Shown: positions 30,914 to 40,901, counted from the stretch's first letter. The stretch: 64,000 nt of DNA from Rhodothermales bacterium (GCA_965248175.1 OZ252093.1:2590406-2654405); one strand, 5' to 3'. Notes: generated from the letters alone by a model not told the origin. Program-made: numbers and translations.

Positions 30914-31420
30914 GTGTTGCGACGCGCATTCTTTCTTGCCTGCTCCGTCATCCTGCTGCCGGCGGTACTAACGCTCGCCGTCTTCCTTGCTGCCTGTGAC
31001 CAGGGTTTTGCCCCACCCGACGACCCCCCGACCGGTACACTCGTTGTAGATATTACCTACGAAAATTACCCGGAGACCTGGCCCCCCACCGAGGATATTT
31101 ATGAACTGCTGTTCGTCGCCCTGCGGTTCGTTCCAAAAGACACTGCCGACTTTCTGCAACTCAACCGGCTTATTTTCAGCGAGCGTCTACAGTTTCATGT
31201 GGAGCAACAAACCGTGACACTTGACAGCGTCGGAACGGGGCTTTATCCCTACGCCGGGGTTGCACACAAATACAGCCCTGACCTGTTCGCCTGGCGACCC
31301 ATCGGTCTTGTGGAAGAAGGCGGCGGCATAATCGTCATCTCCCCCGGGGAAACTACCCGGATCTCCATGTCGGCCGATTTTCTCAATCCACCCCCATTCC
31401 CCCCTCCTGAAACCCCATGA
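30914..31420 (+). CDS. Hypothetical lipoprotein, translationally coupled to the downstream TonB-dependent receptor
   Basis: Signal peptide with lipobox (AVFLAAC). The GTG/TTG start at 30914/30917 is inferred. The stop overlaps the receptor ATG (ATGA at 31417). No family recognised. Confidence 0.55.
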   Translation: MLRRAFFLACSVILLPAVLTLAVFLAACDQGFAPPDDPPTGTLVVDITYENYPETWPPTEDIYELLFVALRFVPKDTADFLQLNRLIFSERLQFHVEQQTVTLDSVGTGLYPYAGVAHKYSPDLFAWRPIGLVEEGGGIIVISPGETTRISMSADFLNPPPFPPPETP

Positions 31421-33666
31421 ACGTCCGGAAAACATGGTGGAGATTTGCGGCCTGCCTGTGCGTGTTGTGGGTATTCGCCGGAACGAATGTCGCCGGAGCA
31501 CAGGACAGCGCCGTTGCGGGCCGCGTGACCGGCACTACGGGCGATCCCCTGCCGGAAGCCAACGTCGTGCTCCTCGATACGGCGTATGGAGACGCCGCGT
31601 CGGCAGATGGAACGTACCGTATCGGGCCAGTACCGATCGGGGCCTATCGCATACAAGCCTCCAGCGTGGGATTCGCGACGGAAATCCGGCAAATCGACGT
31701 GGTGGCGGACGAAACGGTTCATGTCGATTTCGTCCTTGAACCCATCGCCGTCGAGTCCCGGGAAATCGTCGTCACCACCACGCGCCGCATCGCGGACGCC
31801 GGTGATACCGCCGCCAGCGTAAGCGTGCTCACTGCCGACGATCTGGTGGTACGCAACGTACTGGCGCTGGACGACGCCTTGCAGTACGTCCCCGGCGTAC
31901 AACTGACTGGGAACGAGGTGAATATCCGGGGTTCGTCGGGGTTCTCGTACAACACGGGAAGCCGGGTTCTGCTGCTTGTGGACGGCATGCCCATGTTGAG
32001 CCCCGACGCGGAACGCATCCCGTTCGACCTGATCCCGGTACATCAAATCGAGCGGGTCGAGGTACTCAAGGGGCCCGGCTCGGCATTGTACGGTGGTGGA
32101 GCACTTGGCGGGATCATTCACGTCATCACGAAAACATACCCTGCCAAACCCGAAACGTTTGTTGAAGTCTACGCAGGAGCGTACCAGCCGGCACACCACG
32201 ATATATGGCGCCGGCAATGGAAAGATGGGGGAAACCCGAGGCCCCTGGGCGGTGTCGCCATCAACCACGCACGCCCCTTAAGCCCAAATACGGGCTTTTG
32301 GACGAACCTGACCTACCGGTACGACGCAAGCCACCTGAACATGAACAGTTCCCGAAGCCTTCAGGGGTTCTCCAAATTTACCTGGCGCACCTCACCCGAT
32401 TCCCATGTAAATATCCTCGCGGGCGTCAATCGGAAAACGAGCGACACCTTCATCTACTGGAATGGTGCTCGCGATGCACTGAATCCAGGCAGTACCAACC
32501 TCGGCGGCTCAATTTCCTCGTCAGGAACGAGCGATAACCGGACGCAGCACATCAGCCTGCTGCCGGCATATACGAACGCACTATCCGCCAGCACGCTTCT
32601 TCAGGCGAAAGCACGCCTGTTCGGCATCTTTATCCAGCCGCTCGACGACGATAAAAAACCGAAGCCGCTATCGAAGGGAACGATCGGGTTTCGGTACGGC
32701 GGCGAGGTGCAATTTGATTACGAACCGGCTCCCGGACGATATATCATTGCCGGCATCTCCGGCGACGCCAACCTCACGAATTCAAGCTATACCGGCGACG
32801 ACGCGCCCCGCAGCCAACCCGAAGTGGCGGCGTTCACACAATGGGAAGAAGAAATCGGGCGTGTCAAAATCACTGGCGGCCTGCGTTTCGATACGTACCG
32901 CATCCGGCAAGGCGAAACCCTGAGCAAGCTCAGCCCGCGCACCAGTGCAACGGTCAGTATGGGACCGTCGTGGACCGTCCGGCTTGCCTACGGTGAAGGA
33001 TTCAGGGCGCCCAGTGTGCTGGAACGATTCGTCGAAAGCAGCGACCACCTGCCCATCGTATCGAATCCTGACTTGAAGCCCGAAACCAGCCGGAGCTACG
33101 AGATCGGGGTACGGGGGCAACCTTTGTTTGGCGGCGCTCCATTATTCACTATCGACGCCGCCCTGTTTCTGAGCCAGTACCGGGAACTCATCGAACCGAA
33201 GTTCACAGCGGAAGAGCGCGCCTTCCGGTTCACGAATTTTACGAGAGCCCGCATCCGCGGCGGCGAACTGGAATTGCGCGCCCACATACTGCCCGGGCGC
33301 GCCTCACTGCATACGGGCTACACGTACCTCGATGCGGAAGACCTCGAAACAGAAGAGCCGCTTGCATTTCGCTCAACCCATCTTCTCAAGGCCGGCGCCA
33401 CCTTAACGGTCGGGCCGCTTGAATCCGGCGCGGATCTGCGGCTGGCGTCTGCCCCGGAGCGGGTCGATTCCGACTTTGCCAGGTTCATCCGCGATGCGGA
33501 ATTGAGCAGCCCCATCCAGGTCGTGGATGTACGAATCGGTGCGTCCTGGCGCGGGGTCCGGGCCACGCTGCATATCCGAAATGCGCTCAATTACCACTAC
33601 CTCTCGCGGCCTGCGCTCCTCGGTTCCCCAAGACACGCCTTTTTGCAAATTTCGACCCGGATATGA
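31417..33666 (+). CDS. TonB-dependent receptor with N-terminal carboxypeptidase-regulatory-like domain
   Basis: Signal peptide; CarboxypepD_reg-like GRVTGTTGDPLPEANVVLLDT...YRIGPVPIGAYRIQASSVGF; plug region (VSVLTADDL...VPGVQL...NIRGSSG); C-terminal beta-barrel ending in an aromatic-rich strand. Confidence 0.85.
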   Translation: MNVRKTWWRFAACLCVLWVFAGTNVAGAQDSAVAGRVTGTTGDPLPEANVVLLDTAYGDAASADGTYRIGPVPIGAYRIQASSVGFATEIRQIDVVADETVHVDFVLEPIAVESREIVVTTTRRIADAGDTAASVSVLTADDLVVRNVLALDDALQYVPGVQLTGNEVNIRGSSGFSYNTGSRVLLLVDGMPMLSPDAERIPFDLIPVHQIERVEVLKGPGSALYGGGALGGIIHVITKTYPAKPETFVEVYAGAYQPAHHDIWRRQWKDGGNPRPLGGVAINHARPLSPNTGFWTNLTYRYDASHLNMNSSRSLQGFSKFTWRTSPDSHVNILAGVNRKTSDTFIYWNGARDALNPGSTNLGGSISSSGTSDNRTQHISLLPAYTNALSASTLLQAKARLFGIFIQPLDDDKKPKPLSKGTIGFRYGGEVQFDYEPAPGRYIIAGISGDANLTNSSYTGDDAPRSQPEVAAFTQWEEEIGRVKITGGLRFDTYRIRQGETLSKLSPRTSATVSMGPSWTVRLAYGEGFRAPSVLERFVESSDHLPIVSNPDLKPETSRSYEIGVRGQPLFGGAPLFTIDAALFLSQYRELIEPKFTAEERAFRFTNFTRARIRGGELELRAHILPGRASLHTGYTYLDAEDLETEEPLAFRSTHLLKAGATLTVGPLESGADLRLASAPERVDSDFARFIRDAELSSPIQVVDVRIGASWRGVRATLHIRNALNYHYLSRPALLGSPRHAFLQISTRI

Positions 33667-33705
33667 CGCTGACCGGCGGCGTATCGCGACGGCGATGCTA
33701 TTCCC

Positions 33706-35763
33706 TCATTCCGCAAGCAATGCCTGCGCTCGGGCCAGCACGTTTTCGGCTGTGAAGCCGAATTCCCGCATCGTTACGCCACCCGGCGCAGACGCCCCGA
33801 ACCCGGTCATCCCAATCACGGCTCCGTCAAGGCCTACATAGCGTTCCCATCCCGTCGTCACACCGGCTTCCACCGCAAGGCGTTTGCGAACCGCACGGGG
33901 AAACACCTCTTCCCGGTATGCTGCCTGCTGCTGCTCGAAGAGTTCCCACGAAGGCATGCTGACAACCTGCGCCGCTACGCCCGTCTCCCGAAGCATCGTG
34001 GCCGCCGCCACTGCATGTTGCACCTCACTTCCCGTTCCGATCAACACGATGTCAGGAGTTCCTTCGCAAGCAAACACGACATAGGCGCCTCGCCGGAGCC
34101 CCTCGCCAGTCCCTTCAAGCACCGGCAACCCCTGCCGGGTAAGGATCAGTGCAAGGGGGCCGTCCTTCCACTCGACAGCCAGTTTCCAGGCCTCAGCCGT
34201 CTCGGCAGCGTCGGCGGGGCGAATCACCGTAAGGTTGGGCATGGCCCGCAGAGACATGATATGCTCTATGGGCTGATGCGTCGGACCATCTTCCCCGAGA
34301 CCGATGGAATCATGCGTAAATATATAGAGGACAGGCAGCTTCATAAGTGCACTCAGGCGCACGGCGGGCCGCATGTAGTCGCTGAATATCAGAAACGTTG
34401 CGCAATAGGGTCGCACGGCGCCATGTAATGCAATCCCGTTACAGGCCGACGCCATAGCGTGCTCTCTGACCCCGAAACGCAGGTAGCCGCCCATCGGCGA
34501 TGTCTTCTGAAAATCCTCACGATCCTTTACTGCCGTATTGTTCGAGGGCGTCAGGTCGGCGGAACCGCCGATGAGAAACGGTACGGAAGGAGCCAGTTCA
34601 TTCAGGGCCTTGCCACTTGCCGCACGCGTGGCCTGTACGGTCCCTACCACAGGGGTCTCAACACGCTGTGCCCAGCCCTCCTCCGGGGATCCGTTACACC
34701 ATGCAGCGAATATCTCCGCCTGTTCGGGATAGCGATCCCTGTAGGCAGCAAGCCGCTCTTCCCACGCAGCATAGGCAGCATGCCCGGCTTTCAAAGACGC
34801 ATCGCGCATGTGCGCATAGACCTCATCCGGCACAAAAAATGTTTTATCCTCGGGCCATCCGAGACAACGCTTGGCAAGCACGACCTCCTCTTCTCCCAGC
34901 GGCGACCCATGCGAAGAAGCGGATCCTGCCTTGTTGGGGCTACCGTACCCGATCACGGTTCGCACGGCGATCAGTGACGGACGGTCAGCCTCGGCACGTG
35001 CTCTGTGTAACGCCTGATCGATGGCCTCCAGATCGTTCCCATCGGTGATCCGGTCCACATGCCACCCGTAGGCTGCGAAGCGTTGCGGCACGTTTTCGGT
35101 AAAGGAAAGCTCCGTACCGCCGTCAATGGAAATGCCGTTGTCGTCGTACAGAAAAATGAGTTTGCCCAGTCCGAGGTGTCCGGCCAGCGACGCCGCCTCA
35201 TGCGAGACGCCCTCCATAAGATCTCCATCCGAGCATATGCCATACGTGAAATGGTCAACGATCTCGAAGCCGGGCTCGTTGAAACGCGCGGCAAGATGCT
35301 TTTCGGCCATGGCCATGCCCACGGCATTAGCGAATCCCTGACCCAGCGGCCCGGTCGTCGTCTCAACACCCTCTGCAAGAAAGTTTTCCGGGTGACCGGG
35401 CGTGATGCTTCCCCACTGCCGAAATTGTTTAATCTCCTCCATCGGCATGGCATAACCGGCGAGGTGCAGCATACCGTAAAGCAGCATGGAGCCATGTCCG
35501 GCGGAGAGCACGAAGCGGTCCCGATCGAACCAGTCCGGGTGAGCGGGGCTATGCTTCATGTGGTGCTTCCAAAGCACATAGGCCATGGATGCAGCCCCCA
35601 TGGGCATACCGGGGTGTCCGCTGCGAGCCGCCTGCACGGCATCAACGGCGAGAAAACGCAGGGTGTTGATCGAAAGGCTGGCAAGGTCTTCGCCCGCAGG
35701 AACAGATGGCGGAAATGGGGTACTCACTGGGCAGCAGCCTCCTCGATCATGTTTTGCAGACAT
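33706..35763 (-). CDS. tkt: Transketolase
   Basis: [27 protein letters not shown], the TPP motif [13 protein letters not shown] and a C-terminal domain. The start may be slightly downstream, because the annotated N-terminus overlaps the upstream gene by 40 nt. Confidence 0.93.
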   Translation of the reverse strand: MSAKHDRGGCCPVSTPFPPSVPAGEDLASLSINTLRFLAVDAVQAARSGHPGMPMGAASMAYVLWKHHMKHSPAHPDWFDRDRFVLSAGHGSMLLYGMLHLAGYAMPMEEIKQFRQWGSITPGHPENFLAEGVETTTGPLGQGFANAVGMAMAEKHLAARFNEPGFEIVDHFTYGICSDGDLMEGVSHEAASLAGHLGLGKLIFLYDDNGISIDGGTELSFTENVPQRFAAYGWHVDRITDGNDLEAIDQALHRARAEADRPSLIAVRTVIGYGSPNKAGSASSHGSPLGEEEVVLAKRCLGWPEDKTFFVPDEVYAHMRDASLKAGHAAYAAWEERLAAYRDRYPEQAEIFAAWCNGSPEEGWAQRVETPVVGTVQATRAASGKALNELAPSVPFLIGGSADLTPSNNTAVKDREDFQKTSPMGGYLRFGVREHAMASACNGIALHGAVRPYCATFLIFSDYMRPAVRLSALMKLPVLYIFTHDSIGLGEDGPTHQPIEHIMSLRAMPNLTVIRPADAAETAEAWKLAVEWKDGPLALILTRQGLPVLEGTGEGLRRGAYVVFACEGTPDIVLIGTGSEVQHAVAAATMLRETGVAAQVVSMPSWELFEQQQAAYREEVFPRAVRKRLAVEAGVTTGWERYVGLDGAVIGMTGFGASAPGGVTMREFGFTAENVLARAQALLAE

Positions 35764-37082
35764 TCGACGGTATGGGACTCAGTGGCCACGAAACGTCCGT
35801 TGATCAAGACGGTGGGCGTCTGATCCACGCCGATCTCAATCGCCTCCCTTCTTTGTTGCTCCAGCGTGCGACGATAAAGACGGCTTTCCAAACGCTGCAT
35901 GAGCACATCCGGGTTCATTTCGATCCGTACGGCAATCTCGCGCAATTGCTCCAGGGACAGGCCCGTCTGCGGATTCTGCATTTCGAACTGCGCCTCAAGC
36001 ATCGGGAAAAACTTCTTTTCCCGGGTAGCCGCATACAGCGCTTCCGACTGCAGAATGGAATGACTCCACAACACAAACGGCTTGAACACGAAGAACGCGC
36101 GGTCGGCATGAGACCGCACAACGGGCGTTATCACGTCGTGAAAGGTCTTGCAGTGATTGCAATTGGGATCGAAATACTCAATCACCGTAACCGGGGCGTC
36201 TGCTTCCCCTACGGTCGGATCGAAAAGGTTCACAAGGCGCCGGAAATCCTCCACAGGTTCTTTATCGGGGTCGTACGGGCATTCGGAAGGCGCCGGGTCC
36301 GGCACAGCCTCTACGGGAGGCTCTTCCTCTGCAGGCGCCGGCGGGAGGGCTTCCGAAGAAGCCGCCGCACCCATCTCCGTTTCGGCGGCAAATACATCGG
36401 AAAATTCCGGTTCGGAATTGCTGAAATACACGGCGTCTGCTGCTATGAGCGTTCCCAGAAGCAGCAGAAGCCCACCCATCCAGGCTATTTCACGCAAGGG
36501 TTTGGTAGTCATGTTACTGGAAGGTTCGGGGGTAGAAACGGGGGATAATTTTACATCAATGCCATGCAAGATGGCAAGCAGGACGACAATTCCTGCGGAA
36601 ACGAGGCAGAGAATGCAGAGTTGCTCCAGCACGGCCACCTGATAATAGACAAGATAGGCTGTGTAAGCCAACCCGCCTGCCACGAGCACCGTGCGGGCTG
36701 CCTTGTACAAGGCTCTCTTCTCCTTGAAATTCCAGGCGGTCGCCACCGTCAGGGCCGCTACCGCTGCGTAGAACAGCAAGCCCCATATTGCATTGGGTAC
36801 GCCGAGAAAAACGCCGGCCTCGCTGCCGGTTACTGCAGCGCAATCGAAAACGGAACCGGTAAGCGCCGAGGAAGAGAAGCCCGTACAGCCCTGTTCAAAT
36901 CCGCCTCGCTTCTGGATCGCTATATGCGCCGCGTCAAGTATGCCGACGAGAGCAAGGCCATACACAGTGCGGTCGAGCGGAGCGCGCCAGGAATCGAAAC
37001 GATAAAGATAACGGTGCATGGAACGCGCTGCGGAGAAGGCATTCGCGGAAATGGACTCGCCGGATGCAAAATCCAACAACAA
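35724..37082 (-). CDS. Vitamin K epoxide reductase (VKOR)-family membrane domain fused to a DsbA/thioredoxin-like domain
   Basis: The N-terminal multi-TM region has paired Cys (GCTGFSS...FDC and LCILC). The C-terminal thioredoxin fold has the CxxC motif [13 protein letters not shown]. The start is uncertain (alternative Met at 37019). Confidence 0.7.
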   Translation of the reverse strand: MLLDFASGESISANAFSAARSMHRYLYRFDSWRAPLDRTVYGLALVGILDAAHIAIQKRGGFEQGCTGFSSSALTGSVFDCAAVTGSEAGVFLGVPNAIWGLLFYAAVAALTVATAWNFKEKRALYKAARTVLVAGGLAYTAYLVYYQVAVLEQLCILCLVSAGIVVLLAILHGIDVKLSPVSTPEPSSNMTTKPLREIAWMGGLLLLLGTLIAADAVYFSNSEPEFSDVFAAETEMGAAASSEALPPAPAEEEPPVEAVPDPAPSECPYDPDKEPVEDFRRLVNLFDPTVGEADAPVTVIEYFDPNCNHCKTFHDVITPVVRSHADRAFFVFKPFVLWSHSILQSEALYAATREKKFFPMLEAQFEMQNPQTGLSLEQLREIAVRIEMNPDVLMQRLESRLYRRTLEQQRREAIEIGVDQTPTVLINGRFVATESHTVECLQNMIEEAAAQ

Positions 37083-37175
37083 CGGCGCACCCGGTTATGA
37101 TCCCACCGAAATACAGAGATAACGCCGTATCGTGCCGGTATTTCGCAGAAAATTGTACAGACGATGCAACGTAAT

Positions 37176-37508
37176 TCAGCGCCCTGACATCTGGCGATCA
37201 GGGGCTTGTAATTCGGTGGCAAGGCGTTCCTCGTTGAAGTAACGCAGGTAATCGGCAATGCCCTTCCTGGCCTCGCTCACCGTCTCGTAGGTGTGCCGGT
37301 AGATTTCTTCCTGCTTGAGGCTGCGCCAAAGGCGCTCCACGTACACATTGTCGAGCCAGCGGCCCTTGCCGTCCATAGAGATGCGCACGCCGTGCTCCTT
37401 GAAAAAGCCCCCCTCGCCGAATATGTCCCGCGCGTCCCCTTTGAAGTCCTTCAGCAACTCCTCGAGAAGCGCCTGCTGTTTGTCTGTAAGATCGGTCATC
37501 GGCTTCAC
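37176..37508 (-). pseudogene. Chimeric ORF: IS256 transposase N-terminus fused in frame to an IS3 OrfB C-terminal segment
   Basis: MTDLTDKQQALLEELLKDFKGDARDIFGEGGFF (IS256-like) is followed directly by KEHGVRISMDGKGRWLDNVYVERLWRSLKQEEIYRH...RYFNEER (IS3 OrfB-like). Confidence 0.75.
37222..37403 (-). mobile_element. IS3-family orfB internal fragment
   Basis: Nucleotide similarity to copy 3 positions encoding KEHGVRISMDG...RYFNEER. Similarity is lost within a few nt after the FNEER codons. Confidence 0.75.
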
Positions 37509-37564
37509 CTCCTGATGAAACTATGTGTACGTATGACCACTTACACAGTTTTCAGGACACGCCC
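37404..37564 (-). mobile_element. IS256-family left-end fragment (IR + first ~33 codons)
   Basis: Near-identical to 8222-8381, including the terminal IR CACTTACACAGTTTTCAGGACACGCCC (37538-37564). Confidence 0.8.
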
Positions 37565-37632
37565 AACAAGGTCGCAACAGTACACCTTAAAATTCCGCCA
37601 AAATCTGTCCAATCAAACCGAACCACCTCTAA
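37565..37632 (-). mobile_element. IS3-family left-end fragment (terminal ~68 bp)
   Basis: AACAAGGTCGCAACAGTACACCTTAAAATTCCGCCAAAATCTGTCCAATCAAACCGAACCACCTCTAA matches 5737-5804. Confidence 0.8.
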
Positions 37633-37879
37633 CTACTCTGCAACGCTTGCAACTCGCAGAAAGGCAACCGCTCGCAGGAAGAATTCCTTGTCTGTCTCCA
37701 AGCCACCGGGCTGCGGTCAACGCCGGATTAGCCATCCCGGATAGTTCCACCTCGACCTTCGGCACTATTGGATATAATTCCCCTAATTAGTGGGTGCCCG
37801 ATTGGGTGCTCATGCTGACGATTCTCGTGATATGCGACAATCGAAGTGCCTGCGTTTGGGTCGAGTACACAAGACTTTA

Positions 37880-38272
37880 GCACGCTCTATGATGCGCTGT
37901 ATCGCATGGGCAAGCCCTGGGGACGGACACAAGATCTATCCCTATCTGCTCAGGGGCATGAAGGGTACGAGACCCCGGCAGGTCTATGCGGCGGACATTA
38001 CGTACATCCCTATGGCGAAAGGCTTTCTCTATCTCGTGGCCGTAATCGACTGGCATAGCCGCAAGGTGCTCGCACACCGGCTATCGAACACGATGGACGC
38101 ATCCTTTTGCGTCGAAGCGGACGGCAAGGGCCGCTGGCTCGACAACGTGTACGTGGAGCGCCTATGGCGCAGCCTCAAACAGGAAGAGGTCTACCGGCAC
38201 GCCTACGAGACGGTGGCCGAGGCCGGGAAGGGGATTGCCGACTACCTGCGCTACTTCAACGAAGAGCGTCCT
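37880..38272 (+). mobile_element. IS3-family orfB fragment (5' truncated, internal ~40-codon deletion, 3' truncated)
   Basis: Encodes ...GHKIYPYLLRGMKGTRPRQVYAADITYIPMAKGFLYLVAVIDWHSRKVLAHRLSNTMDASFCVEA/DGKGRWLDNVYVERLW...RYFNEERP. The left boundary is approximate. Confidence 0.75.
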
Positions 38273-40901
38273 GCTCCTCCATCCACGCGCGCAACCTCCG
38301 GTGCATGGTCTCCTGGCGATCGAGATATTCGGCCCGGCCGGCAAGATTTACCTGCTCGTGGGGGTCCGCTTCCAGGTCGTAGAACTCCAGTTCGGGACGG
38401 TGCTGGTAACGAGTCACCAGTTCCCGGGCGCGCTCGTCGGTGGAACTCAGCGCACGCCAGGAATAGAAAAAGCCGTCGCTGCCGGTCTCAGTGATAATGT
38501 TCGTAAAGCGGTCCTCTGGCGCCAGATTCCAGATCAACTTGTAGCGCTGGTCGCGGATTGATCGGATCGGGTATGGCTCCTGTGCATTCAGGATGCCGGT
38601 CGTGGTGTGAATACCATAGACGAATTCGTGGTGCTGCAGCTCATCGTTCGGAATATCGGGCGCAAGAAGTAGAGGAAACAGGCTATGGCCCTCCAGATCA
38701 GGCGCCGGCCAGACACCCGCGGCTTCGATCCAGGTGGGAAGCAAATCGTTGATCTGGAGAAGAGCGTTCGATGTACGGCCAGGGGCGATACGACCCCTCC
38801 AGCGCACGACGAGGGATCCGCGCACACCAGCGTCATACAGTGTCCACTTGGCGAACGGTGCACTCATTCCCTGTTCGGTATAGAACATGATCAGGGTGTT
38901 ATCCTGTTGGGCGTATTGCTCCAGCCGATCCAGCACTTGGCCAAGTTGGCCGTCCATGAAGGTAATCTCGGCGTAATAGCGAGTAAGTGCCTCACGAGTC
39001 TCCGGAGTGTCCACGAAATAGGATGGAAGGATAAGCGAGGGCGCGTCATACCGTGAAGGATCGCCTTTGCTCCAGGGCTGATGCGGCTCGGTAGAAGCAA
39101 CGACCAGTGCGAAGGGCTGGCGTGGGTCGCGAGCGATGAACTCACCGATACGATCATAATCGAGTTCTCTTCCACCTACCTCTTCGAAGGGATAGGATGC
39201 CTGCGGCGCCACATGGAACTTGCCCGCCAGGCCCACCCTGTAGCCCAGGTCGGTGAGGTAGTGCGCCATGCTGCGGGTACCCTCGTAGGCTCTTGCATGG
39301 TTCGGCCAGGCGCCACTCCGCACCGGATAGCGGCCATTGTATAGCATGTGCCGTGTGGGTGAGCACATTGCGCTGCCGGTGAACATATGCGTAAAGGTAA
39401 CACCAGAGGCTGCAAGGCGGTCGATGTTTGGCGTATGGACCACCGGGTTTCCAAGAGCTCCCGCATCGCTGTAGGTCATGTCGTCGGCGATGAAGAGCAG
39501 GATGTTCGGGCGTTCCGCCGGGGGGCGCCATTGCGAAGATGTACCCTGCGGCGGCCTCCAGGCGCCAGCGGTTCGGATGGATCCGGCTTTGGACGCAAGC
39601 AATGCATCGAGCGCGGTGACCTGTGCTGGAGCCTCGGGGGGTACATCGCCGGTTGTGATCGGCGCATGCTCTCCCGGATCCGCAACAAGATCGAACAGGC
39701 GACCATCCTCGTACCGCTTGAATCGGTGGTCGAAAACATAACGGACCGGCGGCCCAGGGAACCACCGGGGTTCGTAATGGACAAACAAGCCGCTGCGTTC
39801 CAATGCGGGCTCACCTCTCAACATGGGAAGCAGGCTTGTGCCGTCGAGTTCGAGACCGTCCGGAAGGTCTGCGGCAGCGACTTCCACCAGCGTCGGGAAC
39901 ACGTCGCCCACATCCACAAGGGTCTGGTTCGTCCGACCGGGCGAAATCGTCCCGGGCCACCATGCAAGGAACGGCACATGGGTGCCCGCCTGAAGAGGCG
40001 TGCCTTTCCCGCCGCGAATAGCCCGCCCGTTTCTCATCGAGACCATCGCGGAAGAAGTGCCGTTGTCTCCAATGAACAACAGCAGGGTATTGCGATCGAG
40101 TCCATGTTCCACCAGCCTGGTGCGCACCCGCCCTACAAGGTGATCCATATATGCAACCATGGCTGCGAACCGGTCTTCTTTTGTTGCAGCGTCGGGATCG
40201 TGCGGAGTGGTCACGAACGGATCGTGCGGCAACACCATGGGATAGTAGAGCAAGAACGGCTTGCGGCTTGCCGGGTCGGCCGCCGCGTGTTCGTCAATCA
40301 CGTCGAGCACAAACTCGTTGATCAGGTCAGGACCGAAAACCTCCTCTCCCCAGGTTTCCTTCACGCCGTTTGTGACAAACGTCGGCCCCCAATACCGGGA
40401 GCCGCGTTGCTCGCGGCGTACTTGCCACAGGCGGTGTTCGTCGAAACCCGCCTTCTCCGGGTAGGTCCCCTCGTGAATAACGAAGAGATTATTTGCCAAC
40501 TGCCACTTCCCGGCAATCACCGTGCGATACCCGGCCTGGGACAGCACGTGAGCGAAGGTGGTTTGATCGGCATCGAGGTGAGAAAACTCGCGGTAGTTAC
40601 GATAATTGTGCAGCCCCGTCATCAACTTGACTCTGGTGGGCGTACACAGCGGCTGCGAGTGGCCGTGATCGAAACGCAGGCCCTCGGCGGCAAGACGGTC
40701 AAGTTCAGGCGTTCGGTACGATGAACCGCCGTAAGCTCCCAACGTTTCGACACCGAGATCATCGGCAAGGATGACGATGATATTCGGCCGATCGGCTTCC
40801 TGTGCGGCGGCGCAATGCACAACCGGCAAGCAAGACAGCACGGCAAGCATCGAAACGAAGCCGTGAAAAACGTATCGGGAAAGCGCACAAGGACGATTCA
40901 T
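38256..40901 (-). CDS. Secreted tandem double-sulfatase (two formylglycine-type arylsulfatase domains in one polypeptide); the last ~5 codons are IS3-derived
   Basis: Signal peptide. Domain 1 is NIIVILADDLG...SQPLCTPTRVKLMTG; domain 2 is NILLFIADDMT...GSAMCSPTRHMLYNG (two C-x-P-x-R motifs). The terminal DALR-stop is the reverse complement of IS3 orfB sequence. Confidence 0.8.
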   Translation of the reverse strand: MNRPCALSRYVFHGFVSMLAVLSCLPVVHCAAAQEADRPNIIVILADDLGVETLGAYGGSSYRTPELDRLAAEGLRFDHGHSQPLCTPTRVKLMTGLHNYRNYREFSHLDADQTTFAHVLSQAGYRTVIAGKWQLANNLFVIHEGTYPEKAGFDEHRLWQVRREQRGSRYWGPTFVTNGVKETWGEEVFGPDLINEFVLDVIDEHAAADPASRKPFLLYYPMVLPHDPFVTTPHDPDAATKEDRFAAMVAYMDHLVGRVRTRLVEHGLDRNTLLLFIGDNGTSSAMVSMRNGRAIRGGKGTPLQAGTHVPFLAWWPGTISPGRTNQTLVDVGDVFPTLVEVAAADLPDGLELDGTSLLPMLRGEPALERSGLFVHYEPRWFPGPPVRYVFDHRFKRYEDGRLFDLVADPGEHAPITTGDVPPEAPAQVTALDALLASKAGSIRTAGAWRPPQGTSSQWRPPAERPNILLFIADDMTYSDAGALGNPVVHTPNIDRLAASGVTFTHMFTGSAMCSPTRHMLYNGRYPVRSGAWPNHARAYEGTRSMAHYLTDLGYRVGLAGKFHVAPQASYPFEEVGGRELDYDRIGEFIARDPRQPFALVVASTEPHQPWSKGDPSRYDAPSLILPSYFVDTPETREALTRYYAEITFMDGQLGQVLDRLEQYAQQDNTLIMFYTEQGMSAPFAKWTLYDAGVRGSLVVRWRGRIAPGRTSNALLQINDLLPTWIEAAGVWPAPDLEGHSLFPLLLAPDIPNDELQHHEFVYGIHTTTGILNAQEPYPIRSIRDQRYKLIWNLAPEDRFTNIITETGSDGFFYSWRALSSTDERARELVTRYQHRPELEFYDLEADPHEQVNLAGRAEYLDRQETMHRRLRAWMEEQDALR

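Noticed and set aside
31249-32268. 339-aa minus-strand ORF (with similar ones at 62012-62785 and 62921-63706)
   Set aside because: They are antisense to the TonB-dependent receptor and to polX, making them shadow ORFs.
37790-38494. 234-aa plus-strand ORF
   Set aside because: It is a mosaic: unassigned sequence, an internally deleted IS3 orfB fragment, then the antisense of the sulfatase gene. It is not a gene.
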